Source: an uncultured Actinomycetes bacterium (GTDB taxonomy: Bacteria; Actinomycetota; Thermoleophilia; UBA2241). Taken from it: DNA of 64,000 nt. Below, one piece after another: positions 45,799 through 54,301 of the stretch (positions within the stretch are counted from its first letter, which is position 1; every line of letters starts with the position of its first letter). The notes below the pieces were generated by a model that saw nothing but the letters and a program-made list of their open reading frames with translations, did not search any database and was not told the origin of the DNA. The stretch spans positions 288,001-352,000 of the forward strand of contig CAVRZA010000004.1 in NCBI GenBank assembly GCA_963725665.1, written 5' to 3'. The translations under genes and the position numbers were made by a program.

Positions 45799-46497
45799 TC
45801 AGTCCCGCTCGACCACGAGGCGCACGTTGAAGATGGCCGTGCCGGTGGCTCCCCAAAGGCGCAGCCAGAACGGCATGTACATCTCGGTCCCCCGCGAGGA
45901 GGTGATATCGCCGAGGTCGGTCACCCGCGTCCACCCCAGCCACTCGCGCAAGAACTGCTGCGCTACCCACTCCTTCGCCTCGGCGTCGTTGCCCGCGACG
46001 AACATGTCCGTCTCTTCGGCCAAGCGCCCGGGGTCTACCATGAGTGCGGCGGTGACGGTGCACAACGTCTTCACGACGCGCGTCTCGGGAAAGGCCGCCT
46101 GGATCTGCTCGGCCAGCGAGTCGGTGTTGCAGACGGTCAAGGTGGGCGGCATACCCCGTGAGAAGTCGAGGGGCTGGGAAACGTCGACGAGGATCTTGCC
46201 GCGCAGGTTCTCGGCGCCGGCGGCGTGCAGCGCCGCGAGCGAGGCGGCCCCGAGCGTGGCGTTGATCACGAACTCGCCTGAGGCGGCGGCGGCGGCGAAG
46301 CCAGCCGCGGCCGCCTCGTGTCCTTTGCCGCACTGCTCGGCCGCCCAGTCGTCGGCCGAGGGGACGATCCCCATCGGGCCGCGGTCCTTGGCTTGGCTCG
46401 TGTCGCGTGAGCTGATGGTCACGTTGTGGCCTACCTCGACGAGTTTCGTCGCGAGCGTCTGTGCCACTGTGCTCGAGCCGATGATTCCGATCTTCAT
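45799..46497 (-). CDS. NADP-binding oxidoreductase (F420-dependent NADP reductase-like)
   Basis: MKIGIIG Rossmann start, DSLAEQIQ..FP..RVVK, DLGDI. Confidence 0.85.
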   Translation of the reverse strand: MKIGIIGSSTVAQTLATKLVEVGHNVTISSRDTSQAKDRGPMGIVPSADDWAAEQCGKGHEAAAAGFAAAAASGEFVINATLGAASLAALHAAGAENLRGKILVDVSQPLDFSRGMPPTLTVCNTDSLAEQIQAAFPETRVVKTLCTVTAALMVDPGRLAEETDMFVAGNDAEAKEWVAQQFLREWLGWTRVTDLGDITSSRGTEMYMPFWLRLWGATGTAIFNVRLVVERD

Positions 46498-46611
46498 GGT
46501 CACCCTCCTGCGATGAATACCGTGTCTTCACCGAGCCCATGCGACAACCGGCGCGGATGTGTCACTCTTCCCGCAAACGGAGGCGCCGACGCCGAATCGC
46601 GTGGGTGGTCC

Positions 46612-47226
46612 ATGGGATCTGTCATGTCCATCGCGACGATCGTAGGGATCGCGGCCTCCGTCGGCCTCGGACTGACCGCCCAGCTCGTGACGCCGGGCCA
46701 CAATGCGCTCAGCATGGGAGCGAGCGCGCTGGCCGTCGGCCGCCACGGCTGGCTCATGAAGCTCGCTTTCGTGGCGCGCGGTCTCGCTGCCCTGACCCTC
46801 GTCGCGGCCGTGGTCGTCGTCGTGCCCGGGTCGGGACGTTCCGGGTGGGGTCTGACGCTGATCGCCGTCTGGGGGGTGGGGGCCTTCCTGCTGGCGTTCT
46901 TCGCCACCGACATGCCCGATGGCCCGCCCACGGCGCACGGGGCGATCCACGCCCTTGTGGCAGCTATCGTCTACGTCGCCGTGGCAGTGGGCGAGTTGCT
47001 GGTGTCGCTCGATCTCGGCCACGAGAGCGCCTGGCGCTCGCTGTCGCACCTCGCGACGCCGCTCGCCGTCGCCGTGCTGGTGGCCCTCGTCGCGCAGTTC
47101 GCCGGCTTCCGCGCCGCCATGCGCAGCATGGACGAGGGGCTGGGCCGCTACTCCGGTCTCGTGCAGCGCGTGTTCCTGGCCCTCGTGCTGCTCTGGATGC
47201 TCATCGTCGCGGCCGGCCTGCTCTAG
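46612..47226 (+). CDS. Membrane protein (DUF998-like)
   Basis: Multiple TMs; S.LAVG..G, F.TD, IH, GLVQR pattern. Confidence 0.7.
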   Translation: MGSVMSIATIVGIAASVGLGLTAQLVTPGHNALSMGASALAVGRHGWLMKLAFVARGLAALTLVAAVVVVVPGSGRSGWGLTLIAVWGVGAFLLAFFATDMPDGPPTAHGAIHALVAAIVYVAVAVGELLVSLDLGHESAWRSLSHLATPLAVAVLVALVAQFAGFRAAMRSMDEGLGRYSGLVQRVFLALVLLWMLIVAAGLL

Positions 47227-47810
47227 CCGAGGTCGACCCACTCGGGGCGCGGTCGCTCGTCAACGAACCACTCGCTTTCGTCCATGCCCTCCTCGGCGAT
47301 GTCCTCGAGGCGCATCTTGAGGTACTTGCCTTTGGCCTCGACGGCGACGCCGCCGTTGTCGAGGAGGATCTCGCTGCTGCCCTCGAACAGTCGCGAGCCG
47401 TCGCGGGTGATCCGTCCCAGCACCCGCAGCTCGCGGTCGAGCCGCAATGGCTGACGGTAGCGCGCGATCAGCTCGATGGTGACGCCCCACGTCTCGGGAT
47501 GGGCGATGACGATCGCCCTTCCGATGGTCTCGTCGAGGGCCTCGACGGCGACGCCGCCGTGGAGCCGGCCGGGATAGCTCTGGTGCTCGTCCCGCGGCGT
47601 GAACACTCCCAGGAGTTCACAGCAGCCGGAGGCCCGCGTCTGCCCCGGCTCGACGGCTTCGTCACCCGGGGGCGCCAGCTCGAAGAACCGGCTCCGCAAG
47701 CCGAAGGCGTTCTCGGGTCCGCAGACCAGGCACATGCGACTCACGTTCTGCGCCGCCAGCACCCGCCGCGGTGATGTGGTCGCTTGCTCGTCGCTGTGGC
47801 CCTGGCGCAT
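47223..47810 (-). CDS. PaaI-family hotdog thioesterase
   Basis: C.VCG.EN..GL, QSYPGRLHGG, LDE. Confidence 0.85.
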   Translation of the reverse strand: MRQGHSDEQATTSPRRVLAAQNVSRMCLVCGPENAFGLRSRFFELAPPGDEAVEPGQTRASGCCELLGVFTPRDEHQSYPGRLHGGVAVEALDETIGRAIVIAHPETWGVTIELIARYRQPLRLDRELRVLGRITRDGSRLFEGSSEILLDNGGVAVEAKGKYLKMRLEDIAEEGMDESEWFVDERPRPEWVDLG

Positions 47811-47946
47811 GGCGATCCCCTTCTGCCGGCCCGCTCTGGTCTCGTCGCGGATGATACGCCGCGGGAGGGCCGCCTCGGAGCGATCGGCACACATCGTTCG
47901 TCCCGCTCTCGACGTTCGGGAGAGCATCGACGCGACGGCAGGAAGG

Positions 47947-47985
47947 GCGAGGGGCGCGGCCGCCCTCGGCGGCCGCGCCCCTCGC
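47947..47985 (-). terminator. 18-bp perfect hairpin after FMN-binding gene
   Basis: GCGAGGGGCGCGGCCGCC-CTC-GGCGGCCGCGCCCCTCGC. Confidence 0.55.
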
Positions 47986-48029
47986 ATCGTCTCATGTCGC
48001 ATCCTGTCGTCGTCATTCGCCTCTCTCGT

Positions 48030-48539
48030 CTAGTCGTCGTGCTCTCCGCCCGCGTTGGCGATGAGACCGCCGTTGGCGGCCGCGTGGCTGGCCAGCGAGG
48101 CGTTCGCCCCGCCCGTGGCGGCGATCTTGTCGATGGCCGCCTGCAGGGAGGTCGCATAGGCCTGGCTCGTGTAGGTGGCGCCCGAGATCGCGTGGATGGG
48201 GCCGCCATTGGTGGCCATCGTCTGCTGGATCAGGTTCGGGATCACACTGCCCGAGATCTGTCCCGATTGCGGTCCGTGCACGTTGAGCTTGGCCAGGCCG
48301 ACACTCGTGATCTTGCCGTTCTGGGCGCTCACGCGCACCTGGACGTCGCCGAGCCCGCCTGCGAGCGGCTGGTCGGTGCCGACGGCCGTGACACCGGGGC
48401 CGCTGCCCGAGCTCGCTCCCACGCTGAGGTTGGAGGGCAGGCCCGAGGCGCCGCTGCCTGTGGGATGGAACCCGACGACGAACCCCACGCCCACCGCCGT
48501 GGCCGTCAGGGCCGCCGCCGTTACTGCTGTGCGCTTCAT
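48030..48539 (-). CDS. Exported FMN-binding domain protein
   Basis: Signal/anchor sequence, G.VQV.V, AISGATYTS flavinylation motif. Confidence 0.88.
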   Translation of the reverse strand: MKRTAVTAAALTATAVGVGFVVGFHPTGSGASGLPSNLSVGASSGSGPGVTAVGTDQPLAGGLGDVQVRVSAQNGKITSVGLAKLNVHGPQSGQISGSVIPNLIQQTMATNGGPIHAISGATYTSQAYATSLQAAIDKIAATGGANASLASHAAANGGLIANAGGEHDD

Positions 48540-48669
48540 GACGAGCCCCTTTCAGGCGCGAGGGTCCCTGCGACGGCCCGCGTCCCGCGGGCCGTCGCAC
48601 CGCCGGTCAGGGTCGGGTTGCGGACTCTGTCTTGAACTGTCGTTGTCATCGTCAGTCATCTCCTCGTGT

Positions 48670-50079
48670 TCAGAACGCGAAGTCCTCGTAGTGGATGCGC
48701 CTGTCGGGAACACCCAACGACCGTGCCGTCGCGATCAGGTGCTCCATAAAGCCACCCGGACCGCAGACGTAGAGGTCACGATCGACGATGTCGGGCACCA
48801 GCCGGCGCAGGTGAGCCGCGTCGAGCGGCGCCTGCGAGCGCGGTCCGACGACTTCGTGAAGTCGTCCGCCGCGCTCGTCCACGAGCCGTGCGATCTCCTC
48901 CCGAAGGACGAGGTCGTGCTTGGTGGAGCCACGCAGCACGACGACGAGGTCGACGTGATCGGGCAGGTCGTCGAGCATGGCCCGCACCGGGGTCGACCCG
49001 ACGCCGGCGCCGACGAGCAGCACCCTGTCTGTATCACGCATGTGATGGGTGAAAGCGCCGTAGGGTCCTTCGATCGCGACCCGCGTGCCCGGCTTGAGCT
49101 CTGCCAGGGCCGAGCTGTGGTCGCCGACCGACTTGACCGTGATGCGCATCTCGTTCCCCGCCGGCAGAGCCGACAGCGAGTAGGGGTGCGCCTGCAACCA
49201 CATGCCGCGCTTCAAGAAGCGCCAGTGCAGGAACTGCCCGCCCGAGACCGGCAACCGGTCGAGGTTGCGCCCCCGAGTGACGACCGACACGACGCCGGGC
49301 GCCTCGTGTTCGACGCGCACGACCTTGAGCCGATGCCCGAGGCTGCGCACGATCGGCAGGGCGAAACGGTAGCTCAACACGACGCCGGCGGTCAGCAGCC
49401 ACACGCTGATCCAGTAGGCCCGCGCCCAGGGATGACCCAGGAACGGAGCTCCGGTAGCGAGCTGGTGCGTGAACGACAGCGCCGCTGCTAGGTACGTGTA
49501 GAGGTGGACGGCCCACCAGGTCTCGTAGCGCATCTTCTTGCGCACGTTGCGATACGAGGTCGCACCGGCCAGGAAGAACAGACCGAGCGCGGCGGCCGCG
49601 CCGAGCATCCCGGGGAAGGTCGTGACGAGGACGCCGATCTCATGCATGGCGCCGGTCGCGACTCCCTGGGCGTAGCCGAGGGTGATGAAGAGCGCGTGGG
49701 CGGCGATCAGGATGATGATCCAGGGCCCGAGCCGCCTGTGCCAGCGCACGAGCTTGTCTTGCCCGAGCGCCTGTTCGACCGCCGGTATGCGGCCGATCAT
49801 GAGGATGGTCACCAGCATCAGGTACGTGCCGAGCAGACCCGCGACGCGGCCGGCGAAGGTGAGCATGCCGCCCGGCGCGGCCAAATCGTGCGCCGTCGTG
49901 ACGGGCACGACGAGAGCGACGCTGACCGCCGCTCCCAGCCACGTCATCGTGTTGAAGAGGCGTGCCCATAGCTTGTTCGGCCGTGTCGCCTCGGCCCGAG
50001 CCCGGGAGCGCTCACGCGGCCTCCATCGGATCAGTTCGCCGGCGACCTCGGCGGCGCCGGCTTCCGACTCAATGTTCAC
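48670..50079 (-). CDS. Ferric reductase-like membrane protein with FAD/NAD-binding domains
   Basis: Heme His residues (WHR..G, AH, VH.Y, HQL), HPYSLS, EGPYG, GAGVG.TP, YVCGP. Confidence 0.9.
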   Translation of the reverse strand: MNIESEAGAAEVAGELIRWRPRERSRARAEATRPNKLWARLFNTMTWLGAAVSVALVVPVTTAHDLAAPGGMLTFAGRVAGLLGTYLMLVTILMIGRIPAVEQALGQDKLVRWHRRLGPWIIILIAAHALFITLGYAQGVATGAMHEIGVLVTTFPGMLGAAAALGLFFLAGATSYRNVRKKMRYETWWAVHLYTYLAAALSFTHQLATGAPFLGHPWARAYWISVWLLTAGVVLSYRFALPIVRSLGHRLKVVRVEHEAPGVVSVVTRGRNLDRLPVSGGQFLHWRFLKRGMWLQAHPYSLSALPAGNEMRITVKSVGDHSSALAELKPGTRVAIEGPYGAFTHHMRDTDRVLLVGAGVGSTPVRAMLDDLPDHVDLVVVLRGSTKHDLVLREEIARLVDERGGRLHEVVGPRSQAPLDAAHLRRLVPDIVDRDLYVCGPGGFMEHLIATARSLGVPDRRIHYEDFAF

Positions 50080-50154
50080 TGGCCTCAACTCCCTTGTGCG
50101 CGGCGGGGTCGGGACGACCCCGCCGCGCGTCTCTCGTTCACAGGGCTGCGGGGG

Positions 50155-50188
50155 AGTGTAGCCGGGCAAGATGAAGCGAGGATGAAGC
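50155..50188 (-). promoter_or_regulatory. Promoter with OmpR/PhoB-type direct repeats
   Basis: Minus strand GCTTCATC-N3-GCTTCATC-N9-TACACT. Confidence 0.6.
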
Positions 50189-50396
50189 AGCGGTCTCGCG
50201 TTGGCAGTTCAGCGGACTCCGGCCTCCGCCCGTAAGCGCCGCAGCCCAGCTCTCACAGACTGCCCATGACTCCCGCCCAGCCTGGTGCTGATATGGAAGG
50301 ACCTGCTGTCAAGAAGGCAGGCGCAATCGACCTTGCCGGGGGCAGAGGATGGGTGGAGTATGGCGACGGCGGGGGGAGCGCGCCGGGCTCTGTCGT

Positions 50397-50530
50397 CGAC
50401 GCGCGGTCCAAGCTGATATGCGCGGGTTTGGTCATCCGCATGACCGTCTCTGCGTCGGGAGCTGCCGCTTCTCTAAGGTCGAGCGTGGCCCGTGCGCGGG
50501 TTGCTCAATAGCACCAACGCGGATGCTCCT
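50397..50530 (-). ncRNA. Predicted bridge/seek RNA of the IS110 element
   Basis: Two stem-internal-loop modules whose loop segments match the target flanks and the donor junction. Confidence 0.8.
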
Positions 50531-50576
50531 CGCGCGCCCGGCGCGCTCGCCTCGCCGCCTTCCTGCCGACGGTGCT

Positions 50577-51653
50577 CTAGCTCTCCATCACCGCCAGGCT
50601 CCAGCACCAGCCGGCGAGCTCGCGGGCGACCGCCACGGCGGCGACCTTGGAACACTTGCCACGCTCATCGAAGCGCCGCCGGCGACGCTGCAGGCGACGC
50701 TCCGCAAGTCGCGCCCGCTCGCGCACCGTGCCCGCGGCGGCGGCGCGCGCGCGCTGCACGCGCACGCTTCTGCCCGGTGGCCGGCGCTGCTGCCAGGCGG
50801 CCTCGATGAGCAGGCGCCGCGCGTGGCCGTTGCCGGTCTTGGTGATCGCCCCCTGACGCCGCCTCGTCCCGGAGGACTGCTCGCAGGGCACAAGGCCGAG
50901 GAAGGGGCCCAGGCTGCGGCCAGAAAAGCGCTGCCAGTCGCCGATCTCGACGGTGAGCGCGAACGCGGTCAGCGTCGAGATGCCACGCAGACAGGTCAGG
51001 CGCCCGACGACCGGCGCCCAGGGCTCCTTGAGCGCCTCCGCGGCGATCGCCGCGTCGAGGGCGTCACGGCGATCGCGCGCGGCGCACATCGCCGCCAGCC
51101 CCTCCTCATAGGCGACCTGCAATGACGGCTCGCAGAAACGCTGGCGGGCGAGCCACAGCTCGTGTGTCTGTGTCCAGCTGTGCTCCTCCCAGACGATGCC
51201 CCGACGCAAAAGCAGCTTGGCGAGGCGGTGACGGTGGCGCATCAGGTCGCAGCGCGCGTCCTCGCGGGCGCGCACCAGGTCGCGGGCGGCCTCCTCGGCG
51301 AGATCGGGCACCCGTACCGCGACCAGCTCCTCGAGGCGCAGCAGGCGGGCCAGCCGCAGCGCGTCGCGGCGATCGGTCTTGACGCGCTCGCCGGGTGCGC
51401 GCGGGATGCGCGAGAGGGCCGCCACGAGGCAGCGTATCCCGGCCTCGCTCAGAGCGCGGGCCAGGACGTAGCCGGTTGGTCCGGCCTCGCAGGCGACCGC
51501 CTGCGGGCCGGGCTGCGCGCGCACCCAGCCGACAAGCTCCTTGGCGGGCACCGGTGCGGCGAGGCTGCGCACCTCGCCGCTAAGCCCGTCGAGCACTCCC
51601 GCCTGGACCGAGCGGGCGTGCACGTCCAGGCCGATGAACGAACGCTCATGCAC
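50577..51653 (-). CDS. IS110 family recombinase
   Basis: GLDVH, EAGPTG, KTDRRDA (DEDD), GLVP.EQSSG, ITKTGN; TAAGGAGG SD. Confidence 0.95.
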   Translation of the reverse strand: MHERSFIGLDVHARSVQAGVLDGLSGEVRSLAAPVPAKELVGWVRAQPGPQAVACEAGPTGYVLARALSEAGIRCLVAALSRIPRAPGERVKTDRRDALRLARLLRLEELVAVRVPDLAEEAARDLVRAREDARCDLMRHRHRLAKLLLRRGIVWEEHSWTQTHELWLARQRFCEPSLQVAYEEGLAAMCAARDRRDALDAAIAAEALKEPWAPVVGRLTCLRGISTLTAFALTVEIGDWQRFSGRSLGPFLGLVPCEQSSGTRRRQGAITKTGNGHARRLLIEAAWQQRRPPGRSVRVQRARAAAAGTVRERARLAERRLQRRRRRFDERGKCSKVAAVAVARELAGWCWSLAVMES

Positions 51654-51782
51654 ACCGTCGCCTCCTTACGGCCGCGGTCTGCCGTCGCGCCAGCCGCAAC
51701 GGCGACCCGCGCCAGACTATGCACCGGGGGCGACGGGCCGTTCCATATGGTCTAGGGTCCTCTGCAGAAGCAGGCAGTCTGT

Positions 51783-51821
51783 GCCGAACATCATCTACAG
51801 ACTGTTTAATCCTTGTTAGGC
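51783..51821 (+). other. Candidate attI or shortened attC at the head of the cassette array
   Basis: Ends in core site GTTAGGC; GCCGAAC 5' but no attC-like internal stem. Confidence 0.5.
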
Positions 51822-51830
51822 GGGGTAACC

Positions 51831-52298
51831 GTGGGGATCTCACTCCGGCCCGTCGCGGCAGGCGACCAACCGAGCATCGACCGCTGGGCGGCGGTGGCGG
51901 CCGACCACATGTCGCGCACACGTCCCTACGCCGAGGGCGCGGACCGTCACGACCCGGACCGCGGTCTCTTCTGGTATGTGATCGCCGACGGCGGCCGCGA
52001 CCTTGGCACCGTGTGGATTGAGCTGCCTCCGGGCTCCGACGAAGCGGTCCTGGGTGTGTTCCTCGGCGATGCGACGTTCTTCGGTCGCGGCATCGGCGCG
52101 GCGGCCATCGAGCTCGCCGTCGCCGAGTTCCGCGGCGCCCATCCGCAGTTGCCGGTCTCGCTGCGGGTGCGCCGCACGAACCAGCGTGCCATCGCCTGCT
52201 ACCGCCGTGTCGGCTTCGCGGTCACCGGCAGCGGCACCAAGTCGCTGCCCTCTGGCGAGGCCGTCCCCTACTACCGCATGGTCCTCGCGCCGTGCTGA
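51831..52298 (+). CDS. GNAT acetyltransferase (cassette 1)
   Basis: GRGIG, N.RAIACYRRVGF; starts 10 nt after GTTAGGC. Confidence 0.85.
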   Translation: MGISLRPVAAGDQPSIDRWAAVAADHMSRTRPYAEGADRHDPDRGLFWYVIADGGRDLGTVWIELPPGSDEAVLGVFLGDATFFGRGIGAAAIELAVAEFRGAHPQLPVSLRVRRTNQRAIACYRRVGFAVTGSGTKSLPSGEAVPYYRMVLAPC

Positions 52299-52325
52299 GC
52301 TACCCCTCGCGGTGTGCTCCGACCC

Positions 52326-52341
52326 GCCTAGCAAGCGCATC
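52326..52341 (+). repeat. 5' half of an attC site interrupted by IS110 copy 2
   Basis: GCCTAGC-AAGCGCATC, near-complement of cassette start GTTAGGC and similar to the attC at 54861. Confidence 0.65.
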
Positions 52342-53045
52342 ATTGGTGTCAGTCTCTCCCCGTGGGATCCCCTGGCACTCGTCAGGTAGCCTCGGACCCG
52401 ACGGCGGAGTGACCCAAAGCGTTTCTGTCGCCCCCGAGGGGCGGACCGTCAGCTGTATTGTCCCCCGCCGCCGGGATCCGAGGGGTCGCCGACGTGACCT
52501 GATAGGAGCCTGGCCGGAAGGCCCCAGCCAAGGCGTGTCCGCCGGCGGTCCCACTGAGATCGGCTGCAACCGACCAAGGGGGACTGAAGTGATCGTAATC
52601 GGGATCGACCCGCATATGAAGACCCATACCGCCGTGGCCGTCGACGCTGCGAGCGGGCGGACGCTCGCCGAGAAGACGGTGAGCAGCGACCCGCGCGGGC
52701 ACGAGGAGCTGCTTCTATGGGCACGCGCTCTCGGTCCCGAGCGCTGCTTTGCCATCGAGGACTGCCGCCACGTCTCCAGCCGGCTTGAGCGCCACCTGCT
52801 GCCCCGCGGCGAGCGCCTAGTGCGCGTGCCGCCGAAGCTGATGGCGGGCGCGCGCTCCTCGGCGCGCACTTACGGCAAGTCCGACCCCATCGATGCGGCC
52901 TGTGTGGCGCGTGCCGCGCTGCGCGAGCCCGACCTTCCGAAGGCCAGCCTCGCCGGGCCCGAGCAGGACGTGCGCCTGCTCGTCGACCACCGCGACGACC
53001 TCGTCGGTGAGCGCCAGCGCATCCAGAAACGCCTGCGCTGGAACC
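52342..53045 (+). mobile_element. Truncated IS110 element (left non-coding end plus RuvC domain only)
   Basis: About 250-nt structured leader, then IGIDPH, IED, GKSDPIDA; C-terminal domain and right end missing. Confidence 0.85.
52400..52550 (+). ncRNA. Predicted bridge RNA of IS110 copy 2
   Basis: Two loops each framed by GTGACC...TGTCC around an inner hairpin. Confidence 0.65.
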
Positions 53046-53425
53046 TGCAGAATGGCGCTATGTGTTTGCGTGGCATTATCCGCACGGATGAAGTTGGTGA
53101 CTATCGCTTCCGTAGTATCAAGCCAGCAAGCTACCCGATCACCGATGATGGGCCTGTCGGGGGATTGCTGCGAAAACTAGGCCGACATCCTTACCGTCCG
53201 GCCCATATCCACTTTATCGTCTCAGCCGAAGGTTATCGGCCAATCGTCACTCAGATCTTCGCGGAAGGCGATGAGTATTTGGAGTCGGATACCGTGTTCG
53301 GGGTCAAAGACTCGCTCGTGGCAGAGTTTGTTCGGGTGGATTCGGCTGAAGAGGCATCCCATTATGGGTTCCAGCCGCCGTTCTACAAAGTGGAATTCAA
53401 CTTCATCTTGGATAGAGCCAGCTGA
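52589..53425 (+). pseudogene. Chimeric ORF: IS110 N-terminus fused in frame to intradiol dioxygenase C-terminus (cassette 2 remnant)
   Basis: After RLRW the frame reads LRG..RTD..G.Y.F.SIKP.SYP..DGPVG..RPAHIHF; visibly lower GC after about 53045. Confidence 0.85.
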
Positions 53426-53442
53426 GGTCTTGGGTGCAGGCC

Positions 53443-53512
53443 GCCGAACCAGCGCACGCAGTTGACCGCGCTCCGCTTCGCTCCGTGCGGCAACTGATGC
53501 GCGCCGTTCGGC
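53443..53512 (+). repeat. attC site (70 bp)
   Basis: GCCGAAC..GCGCAC-G-CAGTTG...CAACTG-ATGCGC..GTTCGGC imperfect palindrome with extra base. Confidence 0.88.
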
Positions 53513-53545
53513 AGCCACCTGACCGAGGGCCGCGGTGAAAGCTGG

Positions 53546-54268
53546 ATGACTGGCTACTACACGAACAAGCTGTCCGGCAGCCGGCTGGAGCGCTGCTACG
53601 AGGTGGCGCCTACGCGCGTGAGGCAGTATCTCGAGGCGGAGATCCGCCACGTTCTTGAACGACTTCGGTCCACGGACTCCGTCCTCGAGCTGGGGTGCGG
53701 GTATGGACGAATCGCTCGGAGGCTCGCGACAGTTGCCCACCATGTCGTCGGGATCGACACGGCATCCGAGAGCCTCGAGCTCGCTCGGCGAATGCTAGAG
53801 CCCGGGGCATGGTGCGAGTTCATGCAGATGGACGCGCTCGATCTACGCTTTCCTGACTGCGCGTTTGATGCAGTCGTGTGTCTTCAGAACGGGATATGCG
53901 CTTTCGGAGTCGACCAGGAGGCTCTTCTTCGGGAGGCCCTCCGCGTGACACGTGAAGGCGGGATGGTGCTGTTTTCCACGTACACCGATGGGATCTGGCC
54001 CGAGCGCCTGGCGTGGTTTGAGGCTCAGGCGGCCGAGGGGCTGGTCGGGGCCATCGACTACACGGCGTCCCACAACGGCGTCATCGTCTGCGACGACGGC
54101 TTTCGTGCGGGACGAATGACCGCCGGAGACTTCCGCTCCCTCTGTTCTGAGATCGGTGTGGCACCGATGATTGCTGAGGTGGACGGATCGATTCTCTTCT
54201 GCGAGATCATCAAGCCGGGTGCTGCCCAACAGGGCGATGCATCTGACCGCGCAACGCGCTGCAGGTGA
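53546..54268 (+). CDS. Class I SAM-dependent methyltransferase (cassette 3)
   Basis: VLELGCGYG, VGID, FDAVV; 3' end runs into attC. Confidence 0.9.
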   Translation: MTGYYTNKLSGSRLERCYEVAPTRVRQYLEAEIRHVLERLRSTDSVLELGCGYGRIARRLATVAHHVVGIDTASESLELARRMLEPGAWCEFMQMDALDLRFPDCAFDAVVCLQNGICAFGVDQEALLREALRVTREGGMVLFSTYTDGIWPERLAWFEAQAAEGLVGAIDYTASHNGVIVCDDGFRAGRMTAGDFRSLCSEIGVAPMIAEVDGSILFCEIIKPGAAQQGDASDRATRCR

Positions 54269-54285
54269 TCGCCAGAGCGTTCGCC
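54224..54285 (+). repeat. attC site (62 bp)
   Basis: GCCCAAC..GGCGAT-G-CATCTG...CAGGTG-ATCGCC..GTTCGCC. Confidence 0.85.
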
Positions 54286-54301
54286 CTGACTCGCCCCACG
54301 A

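Larger units (their letters stand above)
50288..51753 (-). mobile_element. Complete IS110-family (IS1111-like) element
   Basis: CT core at both ends (50288-89, 51752-53), sub-terminal IRs ATATGGAA/TTCCATAT, transposase, long downstream non-coding end. Confidence 0.92.

Noticed and set aside
50190-50287. Remnant of an integron integrase upstream of the array
   Set aside because: No ORF or tyrosine-recombinase motif seen on either strand
50290-50312. Complete junction promoter of the IS110 circle
   Set aside because: TTGACA is present, but the junction gives no convincing -10 at 16-18 nt
52531-52539. AGGCGTGTC complementary (8/9) to flank 52321-52329 as a target guide
   Set aside because: Overlaps the structural TGTCC motif and its geometry does not fit a guide; loop 1 explains the insertion better
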